Virus record (IMG/VR): IMGVR_UViG_3300000117_000017
Direction: 5' to 3' (one strand)
Length of the DNA stretch: 64,000 nt
From: an uncultured virus (IMG/VR IMGVR_UViG_3300000117_000017)
Taxonomy: Duplodnaviria > Heunggongvirae > Uroviricota > Caudoviricetes
A program made the translations under genes and the position numbers. This document shows positions 7,606 through 17,832 of the stretch, piece after piece (the stretch's first letter is position 1; each line of letters starts with the position of its first letter). The notes beneath the pieces are model-generated. The model was not told where the DNA came from. It saw only the letters and a list, made by a program, of their open reading frames with translations, and did no database searches.

Positions 7606-10600
7606 TATGCAGGTGTCCTTATTTCTCTAAGTTTAAAACTTACATTTGTTTTTGTTGGTTTAAGTTTTAACCTTACATTACCACTATTTATATCCGCATC
7701 AAAAGTACCAAGTGTTGAATCGAGTAATACTTGTCCGTATGTCGTCATGGCTACAGTTGATCCATTATGTGTTAATAATATTTCTTCTGCGTGATAACTA
7801 CTACTTGCATCATGTTCGAGTTGTGCAATATATTTCATTGTTCTAAAACTTGCGGCTGCAAATGTATGAATAACTTGACCTGAATCTGTTGAAGTTAAAT
7901 CAGAATCAATTGCTCTTATTCCATTTATTTCTACAGTTGTTGCTTTAGCGAGTGATACAACTTCTACAATACTTCCTGTACTTACAGCTGAATCAAATAC
8001 AATCGATGTTCCATCAGTTGCAGTAAAATCTTTTCCAGTTGCAAGTCTTGCGCCGTTTAAGTATACTTCTACTTTACCGACATCATATGCCAATGTTGTT
8101 CCAGATGAATCAGCACCACTCACAGAATCCGATAACGCACCTAATGTGTAGAGATAAGGTTTATAATCTCTTAATATTAAGTTAGTAGAATGTAACTGAT
8201 GAGTTCGAACTTCAATTTCAGAAGATGAATCGGGTGCAGAATCAAGTGTTAATGTACTTCCTGATATGCTATATGTATTTGTGTGTTGTAATAGACCATT
8301 GACAAATACAAATGCATCATCAGAATCAGCCGGAGTATCTGTTAATGTAAATACTTTAGTTGAATTATTGCCAGAGAAACTACTTGTTGATACACTGTTA
8401 ATAGTTCCAGTAGTACCACCTCCGCTACCAACAGATGATTGTCTTAATTGAATATAAGCTGAATCAACTTGAAATCCAATTGATGAATCTATCATTGCTT
8501 GTGTTGCAGAAGAATCAGTACCAGATGATATTGTGATAGTTTTTGTTGCGCCAGATCCTGTTGCAGTTACACTGGTACCTACAAAGTTTAACGTTGTTGC
8601 GGCGGTTGATAAAGAAGATCCTTCTTCTTGTACGGTGATTGCACCACCCGATTGTCTAAGTTGAATGTAAGCAGAATCAATTAATTGTATAACTGCAGCA
8701 GAATCGATATTTCCACTTAATGCAGTTACAGAAGCAAATGATAAGTTACCACTACCATCTGTTCTAATTACATGATTATTCAAACCATCAGATGTTGGAA
8801 ATAATAATCCAGCAGCAGTTAATCTTGTAAATTTTGCGGAGTCTGCAGATATTTCACCTGTTACATTTACGCCAGAATCTGTTGTTGCTAATCTTGCAAG
8901 ATTATTAAAGAATAATGATACTGCACCGCCTGATAATGCTGTAATTTGACTTTCAGTACCTGCTGCATTTTGAACTGTTAAGTTATTTGTCTGAAGTTGT
9001 AAAGAACCTGTTCCAGCATCTTGAATTACACTATGACTTCCAGTATGGAATATTTTTAAATCACTATCATTACCGACTGATAATTTAGCTAAACCTCCTG
9101 CAGCTCCTCCATCAGGTGCTTGTATTCCATTAGCATTCATAAGTGTTATTGTTGCAGCAGAATCAGTTCCCGGTGATTGTCTTGCTTGTACATATGCAGA
9201 ATCGATAAGAGCAATTGCTTCTGCAGAATCGATACTTATTGCTTGTACTCTTGCATTTGTATAATAGAGATTAGTTTGTTCAGGAATATCTGCGGTACTT
9301 ACTTGGTTTGTACCTGTACCAAAATCGATATGTGTATCATCTATTCCATCAGCTTTAAGTGTTACTGCTCCTGATGAGACATCAAAGTGATCACTACTAA
9401 AAGATGCGATACCTTTATTAGATGATGTAGCATCTTCACCTGATATAGTACCACCTGATACATCGATACCTTCACCAGCTGCAAGATAACTTGCAACTCT
9501 TGCATCAGTATAATAAAGATTACTTCCTTCAGTTAAGTTTGATGTAGTAAATCCAGTTAAGTTGCGTGTTCCAATTACGAGTGCATGACCCATGTACCCG
9601 TGAGCAGAGCATTGATAATGTAGTACTGGAGGTGTAGCCTCCGTTACTGTGATTCTTGCATATGTTGCTGCAGTTGATACACCGGTAGTGTATTGTGTAG
9701 TTTTTGCTGCATCATAGTAGAATCTAAATGGATGACTTGACATATCACTTGAACTTAAGTTAAACTGATATGTTCTTCCAATTTGTAATTGAATTATTGG
9801 AGAATATGTGCCGTCAATTACGTATTTATTAGTACTACCTTGACCATTATAAACATGATCAGCAGTTTGTGTTGCAACTGTTACAGCAAATTCTTTTGTT
9901 ACTGCTGTATGTTGATTTCGTTCAACCGCAGTATTTGCAGAATCTTTTGCAAAGAAATAATCACTATCAAAGTTTTCTTTTGTATAAACTGATTCAACAT
10001 CAAAGGTAAATTGTCCTGTTCCTGAGTTATATGTTAAATCTCCACCAGCAGAGAATAAACCTCTTATTTCTGATGAATCAACTGAAATATTACCATCTGC
10101 TAAATCGATACCGTGACCACCCGCAAAGTGTGCTCTTACTTCACTTGCATTTGGTCCTGTGTATGTAAATATACCAGTAGCAGAATCATATGAGAAGCTT
10201 CCATCACCACCAGCATCGATTCCTATTAAAGCACTTCTTGCTGCAGAATCTGCTCTTGCCACTGTGTAATAAAGATTAGTTTGTTCTGGAATATCAGCTG
10301 TACTTACTTGATTTGTGCCTGTTCCAAAGTCGATATGAGTATCATCAATACCATCTGCTTTGATTGTAACTGCACCTGATGATACATCAAAATGATCACT
10401 ACTAAAAGAAGCTATACCTTTGTTTGATGCAGTAGCATCTTCTCCAGATATTTCACCAGAAGATATGTCAATACCTTCGCCGGCAGTTATATGAGCTCTT
10501 ACTTCAGAAGCAGAAGGACCAGTGTATGTAAAGATACCAGTTGCAGAATCATAACCGAATGAACCGTCTCCACCTGCGTCAACCGCAACTAGTGCACTTC

Positions 10601-13424
10601 TTGCTGCGCTATCAGCACGAGCTTCCGTGTAGTATAAATTAGTTTGTTCAGGAATATCTGCAGTACTTACTTGATTTGAACCTGTACCGAAGTCAATGTG
10701 TGTATCATCTATTCCATCAGCTTTAATACTTACTGCACCAGATGAAACACTAAAATGTTCTGTATTGAATGACGCTATACCTTTATTAGATGTAGTTGCA
10801 TCTTCACCTGAAATTTCTCCAGATGATATATCAATACCTTCACCAGCTGTGATATGTGCTCTTACTTCTGAAGCACTCGGGCCAGTATATGTAAATATAC
10901 CTGTAGCCGAATCATAACCAAATGATCCATCACCACCTGCATCTACCGCAACTAAAGAACTTCGAGCGGCTGAATCTGCTCGAGCTGTAGTATAATATAA
11001 ATTCGTTCCTTCAGATAAATCAGATGTAGACTTAGCGTTAAAGTCTGAATCAAATCCTAAGAAAGATCCTTGAAATGGTTTATTAAATACAAACTTATCA
11101 CCAGTTGCAGCATATGTTATTGTAGCACCTGCACCATTTATTGTGATACCCGCACCGTCTGCGGCTGCAGCATTTCCAGCAGAATCTGCAAGGACTATAT
11201 TTTTATCATTAATTGAAACTGTAGTTGAATTGATAGTTGTTTGTGTACCTTCAACTTGCAAATTACCAAGAATTTGTACGGTACCGGTATTATCACCAAT
11301 TGCAGCAGGATCAATTACAAAATTAGCAGGACCTCTTAATTGGTTAAATGTAGGATTAGCTGAAGAATCTAATGGTTGAGGAGCTCGTATTTCACCAGTA
11401 CCACTATTATATGTAATACCATTAGTTCCACTAAAATGCGCACGTACTTCTGATGCACTTGGTCCAGTGTATGTAAGAATTCCTGTAGAATTATTATAAG
11501 CTAAACTTCCATCACCACCTGCGTCAGTTACAGTTATGAATCCTCTTATTTGTTGTCTAAATAAGCTTGTAAGTTCTGCAGAATCAATTTTAATATCGCC
11601 GGAAGTAATTGCAATACCAGATCCTCCGGTAAAGTGTGCTCTTACTTCACTTGCATTTGGACCAGTATACGTAAATTGTCCGGTAGCACTATCATATGCA
11701 AAGCTTCCATCACCGCCTGCATCAACAGTATTTAAATAACCTCTTATTGTTTGTCTATATAAACTCGTTAATTCACTTGAATCAATTTTAACATCACCAG
11801 ATGTAATTGCAATACCCGTTCCACCTGTGAAATGAGCTCGTGTTTCGGATGCACTTGGTCCTGTATATGTAAATTTACCTGTAGCAGAATCGTAACTAAA
11901 TGATCCGTCACCTCCAGCATCGATTCCTAATAATGCGCTTCTTGCTGCACTATCAGCTCTTGTGTCAGTATAATATAAGTTAGTTCCTTCAGATAGATTT
12001 GTAGTTGAATTTGCATCAAATGCAGAATCAATATCGGAATCAACTCTTGATTTTAAGTAGTATAGATTAGTGCCTTCCGGCAATTGTCCGGTATTTGCAT
12101 CACCTAAATCAGAATCAAAATTAGCTTTAGTGTAAACCTGTTCTACATCAAATGTAAATTCACCGGTTCCAGAATTATATGTTAAATCACCGCCAGCTGA
12201 AAACATTCCTCTTACAGTTTGTCTATATAAACTTAATAATTCTGCAGAATCAAGTCTTATTACACCTGTTCCGTTATTATATCCAATACCATCGCCACCA
12301 CTGAAATGTGCACGTACTTCAGAAGCTGAAGGTCCGGTATAAGTAAATTTACCAGTTGCAGAATCATAAGTAAAACTACCATCACCACCCGCATCTGTTA
12401 CATTAAGATGAGCTCTTACTTCTGTTGGAGAAGGTCCAGTGTATGTAATTAATCCTGTGACATTGTTATATGTAAATGATCCATCGCCACCTGCATCAAC
12501 TGCACTAATATAACTTCGAATGTCTTGTCTAAAATACGCGGATAATTCTGAAGAATCTATATTGATTGTATCACTTGCTGAATCATAAGCAATACCAGTT
12601 CCACCTGCAAGTGCATCACCTAAATCTGATTCAAAATTATCTCTTGTATAAACTTGTTCTACATCAAATGTAAATTGGCCTGAGCCGGAATTATATGTTA
12701 AATCTCCACCAGCACTAAAATAACCACGAATATCTTGTTTGAAATTTGCTTCTAATTCTGCAGAGTCAATTCTTATTGTATCTGTGGCAGAATCATATGC
12801 TATACCTACGCCACCATCAAGTGCTGAACCTAAGTCTGAGTCAAAATTTGACTTAGTGTAAACTTGTTCTACATCAAACTCAAATCTACCAGATGTAGAG
12901 TCATAACTTAAATCGCCGCCTGAGCTAAAGTAACCTCTTATTTGTTGAATAGATCCTGCTAAATCGATATTTACCGCAGTGCCTGTGCTGTCTTTAACAC
13001 TAAAATCACCGCCGGAATCTTTAAGGTTTATACCTCCAAGATGTATTGTAGATCCACTTAAATATAAATCTCTAAATTTCTTGGCGCTGTCGCCTAAGTC
13101 AAATGAACTATCTAATGTAGGAACAATGTGGCCTTTTGTTGTAAGACCTGTTACAACTGGTGTTTTATCGGAATCTATAGCAATGATTAATTTATCATTA
13201 CCAGGCGAGTATTCTCTTGCTAATCCTTGACCGACATCGAATGTAAAGTTCTTAAATGCTGCTTCAGAAGAATCAAATACGAGTATTTGTCCATCCGATT
13301 TAGTGGATACGTCAAAGTCCGTGAATTCATCGATAGATAGTGTTTCTCTGGCAGTTGTTACTGGAGTTCCGAGTACTATCTTTTTTATGAAGGTCTGTTG
13401 ACCTACTGTTACTTTAATTGACAC
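7605..13424 (-). CDS. Long tail fibre / large repetitive virion protein (1939 aa)
   Basis: Many DAGGDGSFxYDSATGxFTYTGPSASEVRAH and EGTNLYYT repeats; C-terminal FRTMKYIAQL...EEILLTHNG...TYG domain seen in marine T4-like fibres. Confidence 0.8.
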   Translation of the reverse strand: MSIKVTVGQQTFIKKIVLGTPVTTARETLSIDEFTDFDVSTKSDGQILVFDSSEAAFKNFTFDVGQGLAREYSPGNDKLIIAIDSDKTPVVTGLTTKGHIVPTLDSSFDLGDSAKKFRDLYLSGSTIHLGGINLKDSGGDFSVKDSTGTAVNIDLAGSIQQIRGYFSSGGDLSYDSTSGRFEFDVEQVYTKSNFDSDLGSALDGGVGIAYDSATDTIRIDSAELEANFKQDIRGYFSAGGDLTYNSGSGQFTFDVEQVYTRDNFESDLGDALAGGTGIAYDSASDTINIDSSELSAYFRQDIRSYISAVDAGGDGSFTYNNVTGLITYTGPSPTEVRAHLNVTDAGGDGSFTYDSATGKFTYTGPSASEVRAHFSGGDGIGYNNGTGVIRLDSAELLSLYRQTVRGMFSAGGDLTYNSGTGEFTFDVEQVYTKANFDSDLGDANTGQLPEGTNLYYLKSRVDSDIDSAFDANSTTNLSEGTNLYYTDTRADSAARSALLGIDAGGDGSFSYDSATGKFTYTGPSASETRAHFTGGTGIAITSGDVKIDSSELTSLYRQTIRGYLNTVDAGGDGSFAYDSATGQFTYTGPNASEVRAHFTGGSGIAITSGDIKIDSAELTSLFRQQIRGFITVTDAGGDGSLAYNNSTGILTYTGPSASEVRAHFSGTNGITYNSGTGEIRAPQPLDSSANPTFNQLRGPANFVIDPAAIGDNTGTVQILGNLQVEGTQTTINSTTVSINDKNIVLADSAGNAAAADGAGITINGAGATITYAATGDKFVFNKPFQGSFLGFDSDFNAKSTSDLSEGTNLYYTTARADSAARSSLVAVDAGGDGSFGYDSATGIFTYTGPSASEVRAHITAGEGIDISSGEISGEDATTSNKGIASFNTEHFSVSSGAVSIKADGIDDTHIDFGTGSNQVSTADIPEQTNLYYTEARADSAARSALVAVDAGGDGSFGYDSATGIFTYTGPSASEVRAHITAGEGIDISSGEISGEDATASNKGIASFSSDHFDVSSGAVTIKADGIDDTHIDFGTGTNQVSTADIPEQTNLYYTVARADSAARSALIGIDAGGDGSFSYDSATGIFTYTGPNASEVRAHFAGGHGIDLADGNISVDSSEIRGLFSAGGDLTYNSGTGQFTFDVESVYTKENFDSDYFFAKDSANTAVERNQHTAVTKEFAVTVATQTADHVYNGQGSTNKYVIDGTYSPIIQLQIGRTYQFNLSSSDMSSHPFRFYYDAAKTTQYTTGVSTAATYARITVTEATPPVLHYQCSAHGYMGHALVIGTRNLTGFTTSNLTEGSNLYYTDARVASYLAAGEGIDVSGGTISGEDATSSNKGIASFSSDHFDVSSGAVTLKADGIDDTHIDFGTGTNQVSTADIPEQTNLYYTNARVQAISIDSAEAIALIDSAYVQARQSPGTDSAATITLMNANGIQAPDGGAAGGLAKLSVGNDSDLKIFHTGSHSVIQDAGTGSLQLQTNNLTVQNAAGTESQITALSGGAVSLFFNNLARLATTDSGVNVTGEISADSAKFTRLTAAGLLFPTSDGLNNHVIRTDGSGNLSFASVTALSGNIDSAAVIQLIDSAYIQLRQSGGAITVQEEGSSLSTAATTLNFVGTSVTATGSGATKTITISSGTDSSATQAMIDSSIGFQVDSAYIQLRQSSVGSGGGTTGTINSVSTSSFSGNNSTKVFTLTDTPADSDDAFVFVNGLLQHTNTYSISGSTLTLDSAPDSSSEIEVRTHQLHSTNLILRDYKPYLYTLGALSDSVSGADSSGTTLAYDVGKVEVYLNGARLATGKDFTATDGTSIVFDSAVSTGSIVEVVSLAKATTVEINGIRAIDSDLTSTDSGQVIHTFAAASFRTMKYIAQLEHDASSSYHAEEILLTHNGSTVAMTTYGQVLLDSTLGTFDADINSGNVRLKLKPTKTNVSFKLREIRTPA
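10130..11010. repeat. Internal tandem repeat of about 363 bp (121 aa) in the long fibre
   Basis: RADSAARS block recurs at about 10249, 10612 and 10975; a further partial copy lies at about 9250-9480. Confidence 0.8.
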
Positions 13425-13435
13425 TACTCATTACC

Positions 13436-13789
13436 TCACTTAGTAACTGATGGAGTTATTTGTACCCTGCCTTCGAGAATTCTTTCAATAATTGTGTTAC
13501 CGCTAGCACTATCAACATTGGATAATTCTACATCATATACGTGTCTGCCTGCTTTTAAAGCATCAGTTTGTGTGTTAGTGAGTGATAATGTTGCTATTCC
13601 GCCAGAAGAATTAGTTACTACACTAGTAAATGCAATTGCTTCGCCAGCACTGTCATTATAGTTTTTCTTAAGTCTTGCTGTTAATGTGTGACCCGTAAGA
13701 TTTTTTGCTGTACCATTTTTATCTACTAAATGTAGTTCTATGGTTGCGTCAGATCCTTGATCTATTGTGAACTCTTGATATGTGGCCAT
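13436..13789 (-). CDS. BppU-N-like fibre/baseplate adaptor protein
   Basis: IDQGSD...LSLTNTQT.AL.AGRHVYDVEL...RILEG.V.ITPSVT pattern. Confidence 0.6.
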   Translation of the reverse strand: MATYQEFTIDQGSDATIELHLVDKNGTAKNLTGHTLTARLKKNYNDSAGEAIAFTSVVTNSSGGIATLSLTNTQTDALKAGRHVYDVELSNVDSASGNTIIERILEGRVQITPSVTK

Positions 13790-13843
13790 GAAATACTCCG
13801 GTTGATTTCTTTGTCGGACGATATCGCCCCTGCCATTTTAAAC

Positions 13844-13880
13844 TATTTATACAAATTAAGTTTTATAAGTGTTATAAATA
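13844..13880. promoter_or_regulatory. Back-to-back T4-type late promoters
   Basis: TATAAATA on the minus strand at 13844-13851 (fibre operon) and on the plus strand at 13873-13880 (glycosyltransferase island). Confidence 0.75.
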
Positions 13881-13885
13881 AATTT

Positions 13886-14437
13886 ATGAATATTATATTA
13901 TTAAAACACGGTACTAAATATAGTGCTGATGATGTAAATGAAATTTATCATTCTCTAAAAGATTATACTTCTGCAAATTTTTATTGTTTCACTGAAGATA
14001 AAACAAATGTAATTATAGATTGCATTGACATTCCAAAGAAACCTAAACTTATGAGGTGGTGGAATAAAATGCATTTATTTAGAGAAGACTTTGAAATAGA
14101 AGGTAAGTGCGTATTATTTGATCTAGATATCAAAATACTTTCCGATCCATTCCCATATATAAACAATATTGACTGGAACTACCCTACATTCATGAGAGAC
14201 GGTTGGAAAAAAGATAAGTTCTTTAGCGAGCATGCATATGATACAGAATTAAATAGCTCAGTTCTTGCTTGGACGTCTAAACAAAATTCTTATATTTGGA
14301 ATATCTTTAGTAAAAACATAGATTACCATACACGAAAATATAAAGGAATTGACAGATTTTTTTGGCATGAAAAGATACAGTGGAGAAACTTTGACAATGG
14401 AATATATAACACCATCGATGTATCGAAAGATACTTAA
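13886..14437 (+). CDS. Glycosyltransferase-like protein (GT-A, DxD)
   Basis: KHGTKYS..DV, FYCFTED, WWNKMHLF, VLFDLDI, LNSSVLAW motifs; start moved to the ATG just after the late promoter. Confidence 0.7.
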   Translation: MNIILLKHGTKYSADDVNEIYHSLKDYTSANFYCFTEDKTNVIIDCIDIPKKPKLMRWWNKMHLFREDFEIEGKCVLFDLDIKILSDPFPYINNIDWNYPTFMRDGWKKDKFFSEHAYDTELNSSVLAWTSKQNSYIWNIFSKNIDYHTRKYKGIDRFFWHEKIQWRNFDNGIYNTIDVSKDT

Positions 14438-15041
14438 TATTATAACTGACATCTATACTACGACAACTTACGATAAAGAATCTTTTGGAGGCGATTTATT
14501 TAGACTTAAAGATGTACTCGATTCTTTTAGTGAGGGTCAAATTATGAATAAAGTGTGGGCAGTAGAAGAATTAAATAAGTTAATTGACAGTGAATACAAA
14601 GAATGCGTGGTAATAGGAAGCTGGTATGGTTTGTTCTCACATTTGTTCGCTGAATCTGGATTTAAAAATAAAATACTTAACATAGAATTAGATGAAGTTT
14701 GTAATAAGATTGCGCGAAAATTAAGGATGCACGATAATATTCATTTTAAAACAATAGATGGTTTAGAAGACTTTTTAAATCATAATTATTATGATAGAAT
14801 ACTCGTGTGCACAGCGTGCGAACACATAGACGATGAAGAACTATCTTTTGTTTTACAACAAAAACATCCAAACATGATAGTTTGTTTACAATCTAATAAT
14901 TATTATGAAGTTGATAGCCATATTAACTGTAAAGATAATTTAGAAGATTTTATAAAAAGCATTTCTTTAAAAAACGTATTATATTCTGGAACAAAGAGAC
15001 ACAAAGATGAATACGATAGATTTATGATAATCGGCAAATGA
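14397..15041 (+). CDS. Class I SAM-dependent methyltransferase-like protein
   Basis: VVIGSWYG glycine loop, NIELD acidic motif, CTACEHI; GGAG RBS upstream of ATG 14397. Confidence 0.65.
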   Translation: MEYITPSMYRKILNIITDIYTTTTYDKESFGGDLFRLKDVLDSFSEGQIMNKVWAVEELNKLIDSEYKECVVIGSWYGLFSHLFAESGFKNKILNIELDEVCNKIARKLRMHDNIHFKTIDGLEDFLNHNYYDRILVCTACEHIDDEELSFVLQQKHPNMIVCLQSNNYYEVDSHINCKDNLEDFIKSISLKNVLYSGTKRHKDEYDRFMIIGK

Positions 15042-15937
15042 GAGTTATATTTAGCATTTACATAGATTTTAATAATGATGACTTTGAGGAAGATCATGAT
15101 TATCAAAAAAATATTAAAAATAAAAATGAATTTAAAAACAATTATAATTTTTTAAAACATAAACAAGAGAACTACGCTCGTAAATTAGGTATAACCTATA
15201 TATTATATGAAGACGACGAGAAGTGGAGAGCTTACAGAAAACACTTTGAAGATAATTATCCTTTTATCTCTAAGTACAATATAATTAATTTTTATAAAAT
15301 ACATATCATGTATGATTTATGCAAAACTTATGATGAAATACTGTACATTGATTTTGATGTAGTGCCATTAACTCAAGATAATATTTTTGACAACATAGAC
15401 GTTGCAAATGGTATTGCTTGCAAAGTTAATCATGAAAGAAATCCAGAAAGTTATTTGACTTTCTTAAGTCCTAAGATTATTAAAGAAAGAGAGAAAGCTT
15501 TTTTAAAAACTGGTAGAACTTTTTCTGAACGAGATCCTAAAGCTAAATATTGGAACTGTAGAGCTTTACTAATGGAAGAAGGACTAAGTGGTAACAATGA
15601 TGTATATAATACTGGAATTGTTTTAGCGAATAAAGATAATTTAAAAAAATTAAATTATTTTAAAAATTTTAATGACACCTTAGAATTTATGCACAGAATA
15701 AAAAATGAAGAAGGATTTTGGCCTAAGTTTATACAAAATTGTTTTGGATACGATAACGAAACATTATTTAGCTTTAAGATGAAAATTAATAATGTCAACT
15801 TAATAGAACTAGATGATGTTTGGCATTTTCCTTACAGAAAAAAAATTAATTATATACCTAAAGAAACTAAATTCGTGCACGCAATTAACAAGAATTTTAA
15901 ATTTATTAAAGCATATGCCAAAAAATATCATTTATAG
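15038..15937 (+). CDS. Glycosyltransferase (GT8/GT34-like GT-A fold)
   Basis: K...YDEILYIDFDVV (DxD), YNTGIV, DNETLFS, WH...KFVH motifs. Confidence 0.75.
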   Translation: MRVIFSIYIDFNNDDFEEDHDYQKNIKNKNEFKNNYNFLKHKQENYARKLGITYILYEDDEKWRAYRKHFEDNYPFISKYNIINFYKIHIMYDLCKTYDEILYIDFDVVPLTQDNIFDNIDVANGIACKVNHERNPESYLTFLSPKIIKEREKAFLKTGRTFSERDPKAKYWNCRALLMEEGLSGNNDVYNTGIVLANKDNLKKLNYFKNFNDTLEFMHRIKNEEGFWPKFIQNCFGYDNETLFSFKMKINNVNLIELDDVWHFPYRKKINYIPKETKFVHAINKNFKFIKAYAKKYHL

Positions 15938-16712
15938 TATATGGTCAGATTTAACAGAACAACATTCATCTGTAAATGATTATAAAAAAGAATCAATTAA
16001 AAAATACAAAGAAAAGTTAATTGAATTGCAAAAGAATTATGCATACTTTTGTAAAGCTGATTATGAAGTATTTACGCCTAAGTCAACAGATTACACGAAC
16101 GTTCAGTTCGATAAGATATTTAAGCTTGAAGAACTTACTAAGTACTATGACAACGTAGTATATTTTGACATGGATATAGTTCCTATTACTAAAAAAAATA
16201 TATTTAAAAGTTTTAACTTTAATAAAATTGGCGTGTACGATTATACTGTAAAAATAAATAATAGGGAAACCATAAAGCACATATCAGAAACTACTAAAGA
16301 TAAAAAATGTATTTCTCCTATGATGATGTATTCTAAAGTTTGTGCTAAGAACGCCATGTTGATGATAGACGATATAATTGGAAATGAAAATATTGTCAAC
16401 ACTGGTGTAGTATGCGCAAATAAAAAATCTGCAGAAGAACTATCTTTTACAGAAAGAATGAATGATATGAATAAAAAATTAAGTATTGCTATTAACGATA
16501 ATTTATATCCAGAGTTAATGTCAAAAGCGTGGATAAAAAATAATGAAGTTTATCTTTCTTATCTTTTAGAAAGATACAACATAGATTTTAATAATATAGG
16601 AATACAATGGAATTATATTTTAGACGATATCGTAACTAAAGTAACGTCTGGCGTACATTTAATACACCAAGTAAATAAGGATTTTCATGAAACAATCTCT
16701 AGACTCAAGTAA
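15915..16712 (+). CDS. Glycosyltransferase, paralogue of 15038..15937
   Basis: YDNVVYFDMDIV, VNTGVV, NNEVYLS, QWN...LIHQVNK. Confidence 0.75.
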   Translation: MPKNIIYSIWSDLTEQHSSVNDYKKESIKKYKEKLIELQKNYAYFCKADYEVFTPKSTDYTNVQFDKIFKLEELTKYYDNVVYFDMDIVPITKKNIFKSFNFNKIGVYDYTVKINNRETIKHISETTKDKKCISPMMMYSKVCAKNAMLMIDDIIGNENIVNTGVVCANKKSAEELSFTERMNDMNKKLSIAINDNLYPELMSKAWIKNNEVYLSYLLERYNIDFNNIGIQWNYILDDIVTKVTSGVHLIHQVNKDFHETISRLK

Positions 16713-17832
16713 ATTTAAAAGTTGGAGACCATATTATAATATAGTTTTAGACACAACGACGTATTGTAACGCAAAATGTCCTCAATGTCATAGAATAAAC
16801 TCTACTGAAGGCGCAAAGTTATCTTTTACTGGGAATGTAATAAAAGAACTTCCATTGATACACGTGCCTTTTGAAAAAATAAAAAAGACGTTTACTCAAC
16901 AAGAACTATTAAAATATCATTCTATACAACTTTGTCCTACATGGGGAGATCACATGATGCATCCTCACGCTGCTGAGATTGTGGAACATTTCTTAAGTTC
17001 TAGTTGGCGTATAATAGTTACTATAAACACTAATGGAAGCATGAGAGATGAATTATATTGGTGGAAACTTTGTTCTTTGGCGATAAAACATAAATCACGA
17101 TATCATAGTAAAAGACTACACATTGTTTTTGCAGTAGATGGTATCGATCAAGATATGCACGGTCTTTATAGAAGAAATACTAATCTACAAAAAGTGTTAG
17201 ACCACGTAAAGATATGTTCCGAGTTTAAAGAAACAGTTCTAGTTGAAACTCAGACCGTATTATTTAAGCACAATCAAGACTACTTAGAAGAAATTACTAA
17301 GTTATGTAAAGAACACGGAGCTGAAAAACATTCGTCAGTTATAAGTGATAGGTTTGGTGAAGACGATCCACAAGTTGAAAATCGTAACGTATACACTTTT
17401 TACGATGAGAACAACACAAAACTAAGTTTAAATAAAGTGACTGAAGATTGGACAGATGAATTTAAAAAACGTGGAGCTCAAATAAACAGAACTACAATAG
17501 CAGATTTAGATAATAAACCAACTTGTGGCTGGTCGTTAACTAATACGTTAAATATTAATTTTGATGGAAACGTCTGGCCGTGTTGTTTTTTTGGAAACTT
17601 TTCTGTTATGAACAAGAAAAGCTGGATGAAGCAACACCCTTTTGCTCGAAAGTATTACGATTATAATAACAATATTTATGAAAATAAATTAGAAGATATA
17701 CTAAAAAATGATTGGTGGAAAGAGTTACCTTACGTAATACAATCTGAGAATCCAATAAGAAACTGTGTTTACAGCTGTTCAAATAAGTATAAAGAAGGCC
17801 AGTTTAGATTAACTCATAGACAACGCGATTAA
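16687..17832 (+). CDS. Radical SAM enzyme with SPASM/twitch domain
   Basis: CNAKCPQC (CxxxCxxC), INTNGS, AVDG, and C-terminal C...DGNVWPCC...CxxxC. Confidence 0.85.
   Translation: MKQSLDSSKFKSWRPYYNIVLDTTTYCNAKCPQCHRINSTEGAKLSFTGNVIKELPLIHVPFEKIKKTFTQQELLKYHSIQLCPTWGDHMMHPHAAEIVEHFLSSSWRIIVTINTNGSMRDELYWWKLCSLAIKHKSRYHSKRLHIVFAVDGIDQDMHGLYRRNTNLQKVLDHVKICSEFKETVLVETQTVLFKHNQDYLEEITKLCKEHGAEKHSSVISDRFGEDDPQVENRNVYTFYDENNTKLSLNKVTEDWTDEFKKRGAQINRTTIADLDNKPTCGWSLTNTLNINFDGNVWPCCFFGNFSVMNKKSWMKQHPFARKYYDYNNNIYENKLEDILKNDWWKELPYVIQSENPIRNCVYSCSNKYKEGQFRLTHRQRD

Noticed and set aside
9250..12900. Regularly spaced repeats as a possible CRISPR array
   Set aside because: The repeats are degenerate at third codon positions, lie in frame within the fibre ORF and have no unique spacers
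13757..13885. Upstream extension of the first glycosyltransferase given in the ORF track
   Set aside because: It overlaps the divergent gene and both late promoters; ATG 13886 fits better
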